Source: Macrostomum lignano (taxonomy: Eukaryota). Taken from it: a DNA stretch of 64,000 bases. Shown in pieces: positions 40,351 to 53,295 of the stretch. The DNA lies in the NCBI GenBank assembly GCA_002269645.1, contig NIVC01001789.1:124001-188000 (forward strand), written 5' to 3'. The position numbers were made by a program, and so were the translations under genes. The notes below the pieces were generated by a model that was given only the letters and a program-made list of their open reading frames with translations, ran no database searches and was not told where the DNA came from. Every line of letters begins with the position of its first letter. Within the stretch, counting starts at the first letter, position 1.

Positions 40351-40627
40351 CTTCATGAAGGAGTCTCCGCTCTGGGTCTTCAAGATTTTCAAGACTCCAA
40401 GAGCGGTTTCTCTACAACTTAAAAAAATTAACCGAATGTCTGCTGTCCCAACCAGTCAGGCAACGAAATGGCCCAACTAGCCAATCAGCGATCGCCATGC
40501 GCCTAATATGGGCACTTCACTGCGCGTCCATTGAATAAGCGAGCTGTTTCGCTAGGACTTCTGTCAATAGTTACAGCTATCTATTGACTTGGCTTGGGCT
40601 TGGCTCACACACAACCAGTTTAAGATA

Positions 40628-43180
40628 ATGTCGTTTTGCGCCGGCTGTGACAAACCGATATTTGATCAGTTCCTGTTGAGTGTGCTCAACCAGACTTGGC
40701 ACGCCGACTGTCTGCACTGTGCAGATTGCGGACTCGGTCTCAGCGAGCGGTGTTTTAGTAGAGATGGTCGGTTCTATTGTAGGACTGACTTTTTCCGGTG
40801 AGTGCTGCTTCATTAGCTCTTGATTGCAGTTGCAGCTTTCATTTCTGACTGCCGTGGCTACACCTGAGAATCGCCCCCCCCTTGGCTACACCTTAGAATC
40901 GCCCCCCCCCCTTGGCTACACCTGAGAATCGCCCCCCTTGGCTACACCTGAGAATCGCCCCCCTTGGCTACACCTGAGAATCGCCCCCCCTTGGCTACAC
41001 CTGAGAATCGCCCCCCCCCCTTGGCTACACCTGAGAATCGCCCCCCTTGGCTACACCTGAGAATCGCCCCCCCTTGGCTACACCTTAGAATCGCCCCCCC
41101 CCCTTGGCTACACCTGAGAATCGCCCCCCCTTGGCTACACCTGAGAATCGCCCCCCTTGGCTACACCTGAGAATCGCCCCCCTTGGCTACACCTGAGAAT
41201 CGCCCCCCTTGGCTACACCTGAGAATCGCCCCCCTTGGCTACACCTGAGAATCGCCCCCCTTGGCTACACCTGAGAATCGCCCCCCTTGGCTACACCTGA
41301 GAATCGCCCCCCCCCTTGGCTACACCTGAGAATCGCCCCCCTTGGCTACACCTGAGAATCGCCCCCCTTGGCTACACCTGAGAATCGCCCCTTAGCCACC
41401 CCAGAGGAGGCCTCATTCCTGAGCTGCAACCCGAACCCGCAGCCGGTTCGGCACCAAGTGCTCAGGCTGCTCCGAGGGCATCTCGCCCAGCGATTTGGTT
41501 CGGCGCACCGCTGAGAATCGTGTCTACCACCTGTGCTGTTTCACCTGTGCGGCCTGTCAGAAGCAGCTGCTCACTGGCGAGGAGCTCCTAGTGATTGACG
41601 GCGGCAGCAGATTCGTCTGCAAGGCTGAGAAGTGCCGAAAGTCTGCGCTTGAAGCTGAGGCTGCTGGAGAGATGCAGAACGGTGGGTTCACCAGGTTGAG
41701 CTGTTTTTTACTTGATTTTGAGTGCCATTATTCAGTTCCGACTGCACCGCCATTCTCTCTGAGTAGAGTGCCATTATTCAGTTCCGACTGCACCGCCATT
41801 CTCTCTGAGTAGAGTGCCATTATTCAGTTCCGACTGCACCGCCATTCTCTCTGAGTAGAGTGCCATTATTCAGATTCAGTTTCAGATAATCTTTTCCGAC
41901 TTTCATAGAACATTGCTGCGGTAGGTTGCGCTGCGTTCAACCAAAGAAAAACAAAGACCTGGCAACAGGGTCTTGTTAATATAATCCCCTTCTTAGTTTC
42001 CGGAACTAAATGCAAGGAGACAAAACTGAGATTACCCGCTCTGGTAGGCCTAATTTGTGCTCACGGAAACTATTGGCCTGAGTCTCACTGACTGGAAGCG
42101 CAATGTTTGTATTACCAAGCTGGGTTTATTGAGGAATTAAAAAAATTAAAAGAAGCTCTCTGACTATCTGCTTTTGGCCGCCTCTTCTCAGTGAACCGCA
42201 GCTCTTCCACTGGTAGGGGCTGGAATCGAACCTTGAAATTGCGGCCATCCTAATTAGAGAGCTTACCAGCGCGAGTATTGTTTTTTTTATTGCTTGCTTC
42301 TGTGCCTCTGCTCTTGCTCTGCTCTCCCCTCTCGGCTCTCATCTCTCATCTATCTCCTCTTCTCTTCCCTCTCCCCTCTCGTCTCTCTTCTCTCCCCTCT
42401 TATCTCTCCTCTCTCTCTACTTCTCTCCCCTCTCCCCTCTCGTCTCATCTCCCTCTCGTCTCTCATCTCTGCTCTCCTCTCCTCTCCTTTCCTCTCCTCT
42501 CCTTTCCTCTCCTCTCCTCTCCTCTGCTCCTCTCCTCTCCCCTCTCGTCTCTTATCTCTCTTTTGTCTACCCTCTTCCCTCTAGCTTTCCCTTTCACTCT
42601 CACTTATATATCTCCCAGTCCCCCAGTGCTCCGACGCCTAGTCCGCTAAGAATTGAATATTGCCAGCTCGCGCCAAATTGCCTGCTAAGTGTCCCATTGT
42701 GAGCCGTAGATCAAGCTATGCGCTGTCTCCACTATTGTGGCAAGACTCACTCTTGGCATGGGGGGTTTCTGCTTCTTTTTGAACTGCCATTATTCTGCCG
42801 CCGCCAAATATGGAATTGGAAACTAATTTACTCCGATACTCGTAGATTTCTTAGTAGCTAAATAATTGAGCTCTGGAAACGCAGACTACTCAGATTTCAC
42901 ACAGATTTCTTTTATTGTTTTTTGAAGAGACCGCGCGACGCGGGACAGCTGGCGGAATGCAAAAATAGACAAGTGGCCAGAGGCGATAAACAGCAAGTTT
43001 GCAAAAGCTTGATCTAGAGAGAGAAGTTCTCGAGATTACGTCACCGAATTGAGCCAAGTGGGCGCTGCTAATTTTGGTGTGATAAAGCTTATTACTAAAA
43101 CACCTCAAGGGATTAGGAATTTTTTTCGAGTATAAAGTCAACAGAGGGTGGGTGGAAATGCCTCTGATGTTGCCCAATTG

Positions 43181-43240
<60 letters not shown>

Positions 43241-46200
43241 ATCTATCATCTATCTATCTATCTATCTAATCTATCATCTATCTATATCCATCCGAGTCTA
43301 TGCATCACGCTCTCTCTCACTTAGCTCAGCTTTCACGCCACAATTAACACAGCCCACTACTCATAAACCATTTTTTATCATCAGGCTTAGGTCCGCAGCT
43401 AAACCATAAAAAAGGCAAAATCGAAATCTGCTCTGCTCAAATCTGTTCGGTCCACTGCCTCCACCCCCTGATCTGGAATTTTCCTTTTTCAATAAGCCAC
43501 AATTTTTTCCACAAATATATTTCATAAGTCGCGAGGCATGCAGTCAGAAAGAAAACAGAAAAAGCTTTCAAGTTCGACTGTCCATCTTGGCCCCAGCTAT
43601 TCGACAAGATTACGCCATTCGGGCCTGGCCTCGCATCGTTTCAGAGACCCTCCATCACGCGAGGCAAGGGCGGAGAGTGGCAGAGAATCAGTTGAGGCAG
43701 TGGGAAGTCTTTCAATATTTTCATAGCTAATTGGAGCTGGTTGGGGTTCAAAATAAACATTGTGAGAATGCTCAAATCTAACTGTGAGAATCTGTGCTCA
43801 AATCTAACTGTGAGAATCTGTGCTCAAATCTAACTGTGAGAATCTGTGCTCAAATCTATCTATGAGAATCTGTGCTCAAATCTAACTGTGAGAATCTGTG
43901 CTCAAATCTAACTGTGAGAATCTGTGCTCAAATCTAACTGTGAGAATCTGTGCTCAAATCTAACTGTGAGAATCTGTGCTCAAATCTATCTATGAGAATC
44001 TGTGCTCAAATCTAACTGTGAGAATCTGTGCTCAAATCTAACTGTGAGAATCTGTGCTCAAATCTAACTGTGAGAATCTGTGCTCAAATCTATCTATGAG
44101 AATCTGTGCTCAAATCTATCTATGAGAATCTGTGCTCAAATCTAACTGTGAGAATCTGTGCTCAAATCTAACTGTGAGAATCTGTGCTCAAATCTAACTG
44201 TGAGAATCTGTGCTCAAATCTATCTATGAGAATCGGTGCTCAAATCTAACTGTGAGAATCTGTGCTCAAATCTATCTATGAGAATCTGTGCTCAAATCTA
44301 ACTGTGAGAATCTGTGCTCAAATCTATCTATGAGAATCTGTGCTCAAATCTATCTATGAGAATCTGTGCTCAAATCTAACTGTGAGAATCTGTGCTCAAA
44401 TCTAACTGTGAGAATCTGTGCTCAAATCTAACTGTGAGAATCTGTGCTCAAATCTAACTGTGAGAATCTGTGCTCAAATCTATCTATGAGAATCTGTGCT
44501 CAAATCTAACTGTGAGAATCTGTGCTCAAATCTAACTGTGAGAATCTGTGCTCAAATCTAACTGTGAGAATCTGTGCTCAAATCTAACTGTGAGAATCTG
44601 TGCTCAAATCTATCTATGAGAATCTGTGCTCAAATCTAACTGTGAGAATCTGTGCTCAAATCTAACTGTGAGAATCTGTGCTCAAATCTAACTGTGAGAA
44701 TCTGTGCTCAAATCTAACTGTGAGAATCTGTGCTCAAATCTATCTATGAGAATCTGTGCTCAAATCTATCTATGAGAATCTGTGCTCAAATCTATCTATG
44801 AGAATCTGTGCTCAAATCTAACTGTGAGAATCTGTGCTCAAATCTAACTGTGAGAATCTGTGCTCAAATCTAACTGTGAGAATCTGTGCTCAAATCTATC
44901 TATGAGAATCTGTGCTCAAATCTATCTATGAGAATCTGTGCTCAAATCTAACTGTGAGAATCTGTGCTCAAATCTATCTATGAGAATCTGTGCTCAAATC
45001 TAACTGTGAGAATCTGTGCTCAAATCTAACTTTGAGAATCTGTGCTCAAATCTAACTTTGAGAATCTGTGCTCAAATCTAACTGTGAGAATCTGTGCTCA
45101 AATCTAACTGTGAGAATCTGTGCTCAAATCTAACTGTGAGAATCTGTGCTCAAATCTAACTGTGAGAATCGGTGCTCAAATCTAACTGTGAGAATCTGTG
45201 CTCAAATCTAACTATGAGAATCTGTGCTCAAATCTAACTGTGAGAATCTGTGCTCAAATCTATCTATGAGAATCTGTGCTCAAATCTAACTGTGAGAATC
45301 TGTGCTCAAATCTAACTTTGAGAATCTGTGCTCAAATCTAACTTTGAGAATCTGTGCTCAAATCTAACTGTGAGAATCTGTGCTCAAATCTAACTGTGAG
45401 AATCTGTGCTCAAATCTAACTGTGAGAATCTGTGCTCAAATCTAACTGTGAGAATCGGTGCTCAAATCTAACTGTGAGAATCTGTGCTCAAATCTAACTA
45501 TGAGAATCTGTGCTCAAATCTAACTGTGAGAATCTGTGCTCAAATCTAACTGTGAGAATCGGTGCTCAAATCTAACTGTGAGAATCGGTGCTCAAATCTA
45601 ACTGTGAGAATCTGTGGTCAGTACAATATGAGGATTATTTTACATGTTTAAGTATGCTGGCAGAAAGCTTACAGAGAATATTGACTGTCTGTAGAAATCA
45701 ATCGATAGAAAGAAATATGTATATATGGCTATATTCTCCTCATATTGAGCCTGCGCCCCAGTTAAAGCTCGGGATTACAGCACGAACAGATGCCAGTTTA
45801 CTCACAGAATAATCTATTCATTTTTATATATACTTTCCAGAGCGGAGAATTGCTGCAGTTTTGCAATTGCAATTGTTGGCTGCATAATAATGGCCTCACG
45901 TTGGTTGCTCTTCCGGCACAGAAGTTGACTGGCATAAATTATGCTAATTAGTTGGGACACGCGTAGCAACCAAATGCTATCAATAATGCTTGCAGAATTT
46001 TGACTGCTAATATTTTTATGGGCCACTGGACAGTCCATTAATTGGTTTTGTTTCACAAAGTTGCTGTTCAACTTGTTAAAGTTACGTCTAAGACTGTCGT
46101 TGGCGCCATTTTGATGAGTTGTCATTGGCGCCATATTGATGAGTTGTCATTGGCATCATATTGATGAGTTGTCATTGGCACCATATTGATGAGTTGTCAT

Positions 46201-49200
46201 TGGCGCCATTTCGATGAGTTGTCATTGGCGCCATATTGATGAGTTGTCATTGGCGCCATGTTGCTGAATTGTCATTGGCGCCATATTGATGAGTTGTCAT
46301 TGGCGCCATATTGATGAGTTGTCATTGGCGCCATATTGATGAGTTGTCATTGGCGCCATATTGATGAGTTGTCATTGCGCCATATTGATGAGTTGTCATT
46401 GGCGCCATATTGATGAGTTGTCACTGGTAGTCCACAAATCGTTAGCAATCCCTCATTACCAAACTCGAACTCCACAGAAAAGTCGTTCGCGCTTCTTCGC
46501 TCTCATCGCTCAATGCTTCATCAGAGAAGAACCGAACTCCTGACCGAGGCTGCACCGAATTCGTCTGTCAGCTTTGAGACAAATAACAACAAAAACAACC
46601 AACACAGTGCTAAAAGCAGAATCTCTGCAGAAGAAAATCGGGCAATGAATCGTGTGGAAGAAGAAGACTCCCAGGAAGCAACAGAAGAAGCAACCGGCGC
46701 GCCAGACGACTTTGTCGAAGTATTCGACGATGAGGATCCGGACGAGGAATGCAGCGATGCGGATGAGTCGGGAGAATCCGCCTCCCTGACGGCGGCTGCT
46801 TCCGCGGCGTCCGCGTCTGCTGCTGCTGCTGCTGCTTCTGGAAGCAAGCGGCGAGGTCCGCGAACGACCATCAAGGCGAAGCAGCTGGAAATGTTGAAGG
46901 CGGCGTTTGCCGCGACACCGAAGCCAACGCGGCACATCAGGGAGCAGCTGGCGCAGCAGACCGGCCTGAACATGCGGGTCATTCAGGTGTGCTGCACGAA
47001 CGCATAACTAAGCTTGAGTATCGTTTAAGAGGCCGCTTGGCGCAGACATTGTAAAACGATACGATGGGTCTGAGACAGATGCTGTGGCGCGCAGCTCTGA
47101 GAAACTAATCCTTGAGCTGGGGGGGGGATAGTTGAACTGGGACAGTTGGGGCGCTGGCAGCTGAGGCTGAAATTTCATCCAAACTGCCGGGTGGCTCAGC
47201 GTGCTGAGGCCGGCAGCTCAGCTTCCACCCAAGGGACAGGGTCCGGCTTCATGGAGCTCTGGGATATCTGGTCTGGCTGGCCCTCCCAGATCCCCAGTTG
47301 CTGGGCCAGCCTCCAAGATCCCCAGTTGCTGTCCCAGCCTCCCAGATCCCCAGTTGCTGTCCCAGCCTCCCAGATCCCCAGTTGCTGTCTCAGCCTCCCA
47401 GATCCCCAGTTGCTGTCCCAGCCTCCCAGATCCCCAGTTGCTGTCCCAGCCTCCAAGATCCTCAGTTGCTGTTGCTGGGCCAGCCTCCCATATCCCCAGT
47501 TGCTGGGCCAGCCTCCCAGATCCTCAGTTGCTAGGCCAGCCTCTCAGATCCTCAGTTGCTAGGCCAGCCTCCCAGATCCTCAGTTGCTGGGCCAGCCTCT
47601 CAGATCCTCAGTTGCTGGGCCAGCCTCTCAGATCCTCAGTTGCTGGGCCAGCCTCCCAGATCCTCAGTTGCTGGGCCAGCCTCTCAGATCCTCAGTTGCT
47701 AGGCCAGCCTCCCAGATCCCCAGTTGCTGGGCCAGCCTCCCAGATCCCCAGTTGCTGGGCCAGCCTCCCAGATCCTCAGTTGCTGGGCCAGCCTCTCAGA
47801 TCCTCAGTTGCTGGGCCAGCCTCCCAGATCTTCAGTTGCTGGGCCAGCCTCCCAGATCCTCAGTTGCAGGGCCAGCCTCCCAGATCCTCAGTTGCAGGGC
47901 CAGCCTCCCAGATCCTCAGTTGCTGGGTCAGCCTCCCAGATCCTCAGTTGCTGGGCCAGCCTCCCAGATCTTCAGTTGCTGTCCCAGCCTCCCAGATCCT
48001 CAGTTGCTGGGCCAGCCTCCCAGATCTTCAGTTGCTGGGCCAGCCTCACAGATCCTCAGTTGCTGGGCCAGCCTCCCAGATCTTCAGTTGCTGGGCCAGC
48101 CTCCCAGATCTTCAGTTGCTGGGCCAGCCTCACAGATCCTCAGTTGCTGGGTCAGCCTCACAGATCCTCAGTTGCTGGGTCAGCCTCACAGATCCTCAGT
48201 TGCTGGGTCAGCCTCACAGATCCTCAGTTACCAAAACGAACCAAAACGGTGATTCCGAATAGCAAGCGTTATCCCTCAAACCTCAGGTGTGGTTTCAGAA
48301 TCGGCGCAGCAAGGAGCGCCGTCTGAAGCAGCTGAGCGCCATGGGCGCCCGCCGCGGCTACTTTCGAAACCAGCGCCGAATGCGCGCCCTACGCGGCGCC
48401 GAGTCACAGGACGCCAACGTCCCGAACGGGGATCTGGTGTCCTTCGCGAGCGGCTACTTCGGTGAGAGGCGCTGACATGCAGACTTTTTTCGATACATAT
48501 CGGTAGCAGCGCGCCGACATTCAGACTTAATTTTTGATACATATCGGTAGCATACATTTTTGAACAATTTCCATCTCGCAGGAAATTCCGACTGCTTCGG
48601 CAGTTTTTATCCACACGGATTTTATCAAGCAGCCGCAGCCGCTGCTGCTGCTGCCGCGGCCGCCGCTGCATCCGCCGGGGTCACCGAGGCAGTTCCCTCA
48701 AATGCAGCGCCGCCGTATCACTTCCTGACTCCAGCATCAGGGACGGATGATTCGGCCTCGCCCATGGCGCACTCGCAACCACTGCTGAGGATGCACTGTG
48801 AGATCCTTCAGTGACTCACTCACTGACTCATTCACTGACCAACCCATTCACTGACCCATTCACTGACCCATTTACTGACCCATTCACTGACCCATTCACT
48901 GACCCATTCACTGACCCATTCACTGACCCATTCACTGACCCATTCACTGACCCATTCACTGATCCATTCACTGACCCACCCATTCACTGACCCATTCACT
49001 GACCAATCTATTCACTGACCCATTCACTGACCCATTCACTGACCCACCTATTCACTGACCCACCCATTTACTGACCCGCCCATTCACAGACCCACCCATT
49101 CACTGACCAACCCATTCACTGACCCATTCGCTGACCCACCCATTCACTGACCCATTCACTGACCCACCCATTCACTGACCCATTCACTGACCAACCCATT

Positions 49201-49715
49201 CACTGACCCATTCGCTGACCCACCCATTAACTGACCCATTCACTGACAAACCTATTCACTGACCCATTCACTGACCCATTCACTGACCCATTCACTGACC
49301 CACCCATTTACTGACCAACCCATTCACTGACCAACCCATTCACTGCCCAACCCATTCACTGACCAACCCATTCACTGACCAACCCATTCACTGACCAACC
49401 CATTCACTGACCAACCCATTCACTGACCAACCCATTCACTGACCAACCCATTCACTGACCAACCCATTCACTGACCAACCCATTCACTGACCAACCCATT
49501 CACTGACCCACCTGTTCACTGACCCCGATTTTGTAATTGAATTTCCAGGTCTGCAAGGCGACCCTCCCGACCTCGCCATGGAGAGTCGGAACTGCAACTC
49601 GTCATCTCAGCTACCGAAGCCGCCGCCTTCAGAGCTGGCCCGGCACGAGGTCGGCAAAGATGACAGCTCTGGTGTTAAAGTGCTGAGCAGTGCCAGCCCT
49701 ATCAAGTCTTGGTGA
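40628..49715 (+). CDS. LHX1/5: LIM-homeobox transcription factor of the Lhx1/5 (Lim1) group. Exons 40628..40797, 41443..41681, 46631..46986, 48287..48461, 48582..48797, 49549..49715 (about 440 aa)
   Basis: LIM1 [14 protein letters not shown]...WHADC...[16 protein letters not shown]; LIM2 [18 protein letters not shown]; homeodomain [47 protein letters not shown]|[12 protein letters not shown]; post-[10 protein letters not shown]; terminal Trp. The exon 3 acceptor was chosen by phase. Confidence 0.93.
40855..41395. repeat. About 26-30 nt minisatellite gagaatcgcc(c)nttggctacacct, Lhx intron 1
   Basis: About 19 units with a variable C-run. Confidence 0.95.
41720..41872. repeat. 47-nt tandem repeat (about 3 copies), Lhx intron 2
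   Basis: gagtgccattattcagttccgactgcaccgccattctctctgagta repeated. Confidence 0.9.
42212..42278 (-). mobile_element. tRNA-derived SINE head remnant
   Basis: Minus strand has a B box ggttcgattcc (42222-42232) and a weak A-box-like gcgctggtaagc; no complete cloverleaf. Confidence 0.4.
42310..42600. repeat. CT-rich low-complexity tract
   Basis: Seen directly. Confidence 0.9.
43181..43290. repeat. (TATC)n microsatellite
   Basis: Seen directly. Confidence 0.92.
43762..45615. repeat. 26-nt minisatellite gagaatctgtgctcaaatct(aactgt|atctat), Lhx intron 2
   Basis: About 70 units with two main variants. Confidence 0.97.
46103..46424. repeat. About 24-nt minisatellite gccatattgatgagttgtcattggc
   Basis: About 13 units. 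Confidence 0.93.
47280..48228. repeat. 28-nt minisatellite cctcagttgctgggccagcctcccagat, Lhx intron 3
   Basis: About 33 units; same family as 24205-24935. Confidence 0.95.
48812..49524. repeat. 12/16-nt minisatellite cattcactgacc(cacc|aacc), Lhx intron 5
   Basis: Seen directly. Confidence 0.95.
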
Positions 49716-49984
49716 CGAAATTAGGCTGACATTGAAACTGTCAATAACATTTTGATGAAAAATTGATAAACATCTAATAATCCAATTATCATATTCAAAT
49801 CTCTCGCTTTAATTCTTAAAGCAACCATTCATAACTTGTTAAAACAGCTTCTATTACATATGCTGTGCTATTAGTTCCATTCAGACTAAGTTGTACTGGC
49901 AATTAAATAGTAAAAACAAAAATGTTGTTACAAATATTGTGCTGACAACTGCTTGTAATTGTTCATCATTTGTTCATTCGAGGC

Positions 49985-51665
49985 TCCACTCTCCCACACT
50001 CTCCCACACACTCCCACACTCTCTCCCACTCTCCACACACTCTCACACACACTCCCACACACTCCCACACTCTCCCACACTCTCCCACACACTCCCACAC
50101 TCTCCCACACTCTCCCACACACTCCCACACACTTCCACACTCTCCCACACACTCCCACACTCTCACACACTCTCCCACACTCTCTCCCACTCTCCACACA
50201 CTCTCCCACACACTCCCACACACTCCCACACTCTCCCACACTCTCCCACACACTCCCACACACTCCCACTCTCTCCCACACACTCCCACACTCTCCCACA
50301 CTCTCTCCCACTCTCCACACACTCTCCCACACTCTCCCACACACTCCCACACTCTCCCACACTCTCCCACACACTCCCACACACTCCCACACTCTCCCAC
50401 ACACTCCCACACTCTCTCACACTCTCCCACACACTCCCACACACTCCCACACTCTCCCACACTCTCTCCCACACTCTCTCACACTCTCCCACACACTCCC
50501 ACACACTCCCACACACTCCCACACTCTCCCACACTCTCTCCCACTCTCCACACACTCTCCCACACACTCCCACACACTCCCACACACTCCCACACTCTCT
50601 CACACTCTCCCACACACTCCCACACTCTCCCACACTCTCCCACACTCTCCCACACTCTCCCACACTCTCCCACACACTCCCACACTCTCTCCCACTCTCC
50701 ACACACTCTCCCACACACTCCCACACACTCTCCCACACACTCCCACACACTCCCACACTCTCCCACACACTCCCACACTCTCCCACTCTCCACACACTCT
50801 CCCACACACTCCCACACACTCCCACACTCTCCCACACACTCCCACACTCTCCCACACTCTCCCACACACTCCCACACACTCCCACACACTCCCACACACT
50901 CCCACACTCTCTCACACTCTCCCACACACTCCCACACACTCCCACACTCTCCACACACTCTCCCACACACTCCCACATACTCCCACACTCTCCCACACTC
51001 TCCCACACTCTCCCACACTCTCCCACACTCTCTCCCACTCTCCACACACTCTCCCACACACTCCCACACTCTCTCCCACTCTCCACACACTCTCCCACAC
51101 TCTCCCACACACTCCCACACTCTCCCACACTCTCCCACACACTCCCACACACTCCCACACTCTCCCACACACTCCCACACTCTCTCACACTCTCCCACAC
51201 ACTCCCACACACTCCCACACTCTCCACACACTCTCCCACACACTCCCACACACTCCCACACTCTCCCACACTCTCCCACACTCTCCCACACTCTCCCACA
51301 CTCTCTCCCACTCTCCACACACTCTCCCACACTCTCCCACACTCTCTCCCACTCTCCCACACTCTCCCACACACTCCCACAGTCTCCCACACTCTCCCAC
51401 ACTCTCTCCCACTCTCCCACACTCTCCCACACACTCCCACAGTCTCCCACACACTCCCACACTCTCCCACACTCTCCCACACTCTCCCACACTCTCCCAC
51501 ACTCTCTCCCACTCTCCCACACTCCCACACACTCTCCCACACTCTCTTCCACTCTCCACACACTCTCCCACACACTCCCACACTCTCCCACACTCGCAAA
51601 CTTTACCAAACTCTCCCACAATCTCTCCCACACTCTCCCACACACTCCCACACTCCCACACTCTC
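49985..51665. repeat. (ctcccacact/cacact)n degenerate 10-mer satellite, almost G-free on the plus strand
   Basis: 1.7 kb seen directly. Confidence 0.97.
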
Positions 51666-52099
51666 CAACACTAACCCACACCAAGAAATCGCTTATCTGT
51701 ATCTCCCCTTATCCCAAAGCCCCGACACGCCAACACGGGCGGTCTCCAAACTGCCCTAATCTCAAAGCAGACACCTGACTAAGGAAGCGAATGTCGAATT
51801 TACAGGAAATTCTGCAAGATAAAGACGTATTTGCTTGGTAATCCTGCTGAGAGCGTCGTGCTCATGCGGAAGAGATTAGCAGATCTCACTTTCTATTTTG
51901 TTAGACTTTAATATCGGCCGTTTAAATGACCAGTTTTTTAATCGGGTTTTGTTAATCCTTTATTACCCGCGGGTCGTGAAATCCCAGCAGGTCATTGAGA
52001 TTAGGAGACAAAAAATACGAGTATTTGTTACTCCAGTGGCTTAAATAAATCTTTTATTTGAGGAATTATGCCTGGGATAGATGAAGGGCGAGTAGCTTT

Positions 52100-53295
52100 T
52101 CTTGATCCCCACCCTCCATCCTCCGAATCTGCCCCAATCCTCCGAATCTGCCTCAATCCTCAGAATCTGCCTTCATCCTCCGAATCTGCCCCAATCCTCC
52201 GAATCTGCCTCAATCCTCCGAATCTGCCCCAATCCTCAGAATCTGCCCCAATCCTTCGAATCTGCCTCCATCTCCCCGAATCTGCCTCCATCCTCCGAAT
52301 CTGCCCCAATCCTCCGAATCTGCCTCAATCCTCAGAATCTGCCTTCATCCTCCGAATCTGCCCCAATCCTCCGAATCTGCCCCAATCCTCCGAATCTGCC
52401 TCAATCCTTCGAATCTGCCTCAATCCTCCGAATCTGCCTCAATCCTTCGAATCTGCCTCCATCTCCCCGAATCTGCCTCAATCCTCCGAATCTGCCTCAA
52501 TCCTCCGAATCTGCCTCAATCCTCCGAATCTGCCCCAATCCTCCGAATCTGCCTCAATCCTCCGAATCTGCCCCAATCCTCCGAATCTGCCCCAATCCTC
52601 CGAATCTGCCTCAATCCTCCGAATCTGCCCCAATCCTCCGAATCTGCCCCAATCCTCCGAATCTGCCCCAATCCTCCGAATCTGCCCCAATCCTCCGAAT
52701 CTGCCCCAATCCTCCGAATCTGCCCCAATCCTTCGAATCTGCCTCCATCTCCCCGAATCTGCCTCAATCCTCCGAATCTGCCTCCATCTCCCCGAATCTG
52801 CCCCAATCCTTCGAATCTGCCTCGATCCTCCGAATCTGCCCCAATCCTCCGAATCTGCCCCAATCCTCCGAATCTGCCCCAATCCTCCGAATCTGCCCCA
52901 ATCCTCCGAATCTGCCCCAATCCTCCGAATCTGCCCTAATCCTCCGAATCTGCCCCAATCCTCCGAATCTGCCCCAATCCTCCGAATCTGCCCCAATCCT
53001 CCGAATCTGCCCCAATCCTCCGAATCTGCCCAATCCTCCGAATCTGCCCCAATCCTCCGAATCTGCCCCAATCCTCCGAATCTGCCCCAATCCTCCGAAT
53101 CTGCCCCAATCCTCCGAATCTGCCCCAATCCTCCGAATCTGCCCCAATCCTCCGAATCTGCCCCAATCCTCCGAATCTGCCCCAATCCTTCGAATCTGCC
53201 TCCATCTCCCCGAATCTGCCCCAATCCTCCGAATCTGCCTCCATCTCCCCGAATCTGCCCCAATCCTCCGAATCTGCCCCAATCCTCCGAATCTG
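52100..53295. repeat. 18-19 nt minisatellite tcctccgaatctgccccaa
   Basis: About 62 units, followed by (atagcatag)n at ~53305-53350. Confidence 0.96.

Noticed and set aside
42191-42211. Candidate 21-nt phase-1 microexon in Lhx intron 2 (cag|tgaaccgcagctcttccactg|gtaggg)
   Set aside because: The donor is weak and it abuts a SINE head remnant; there is no supporting homology.
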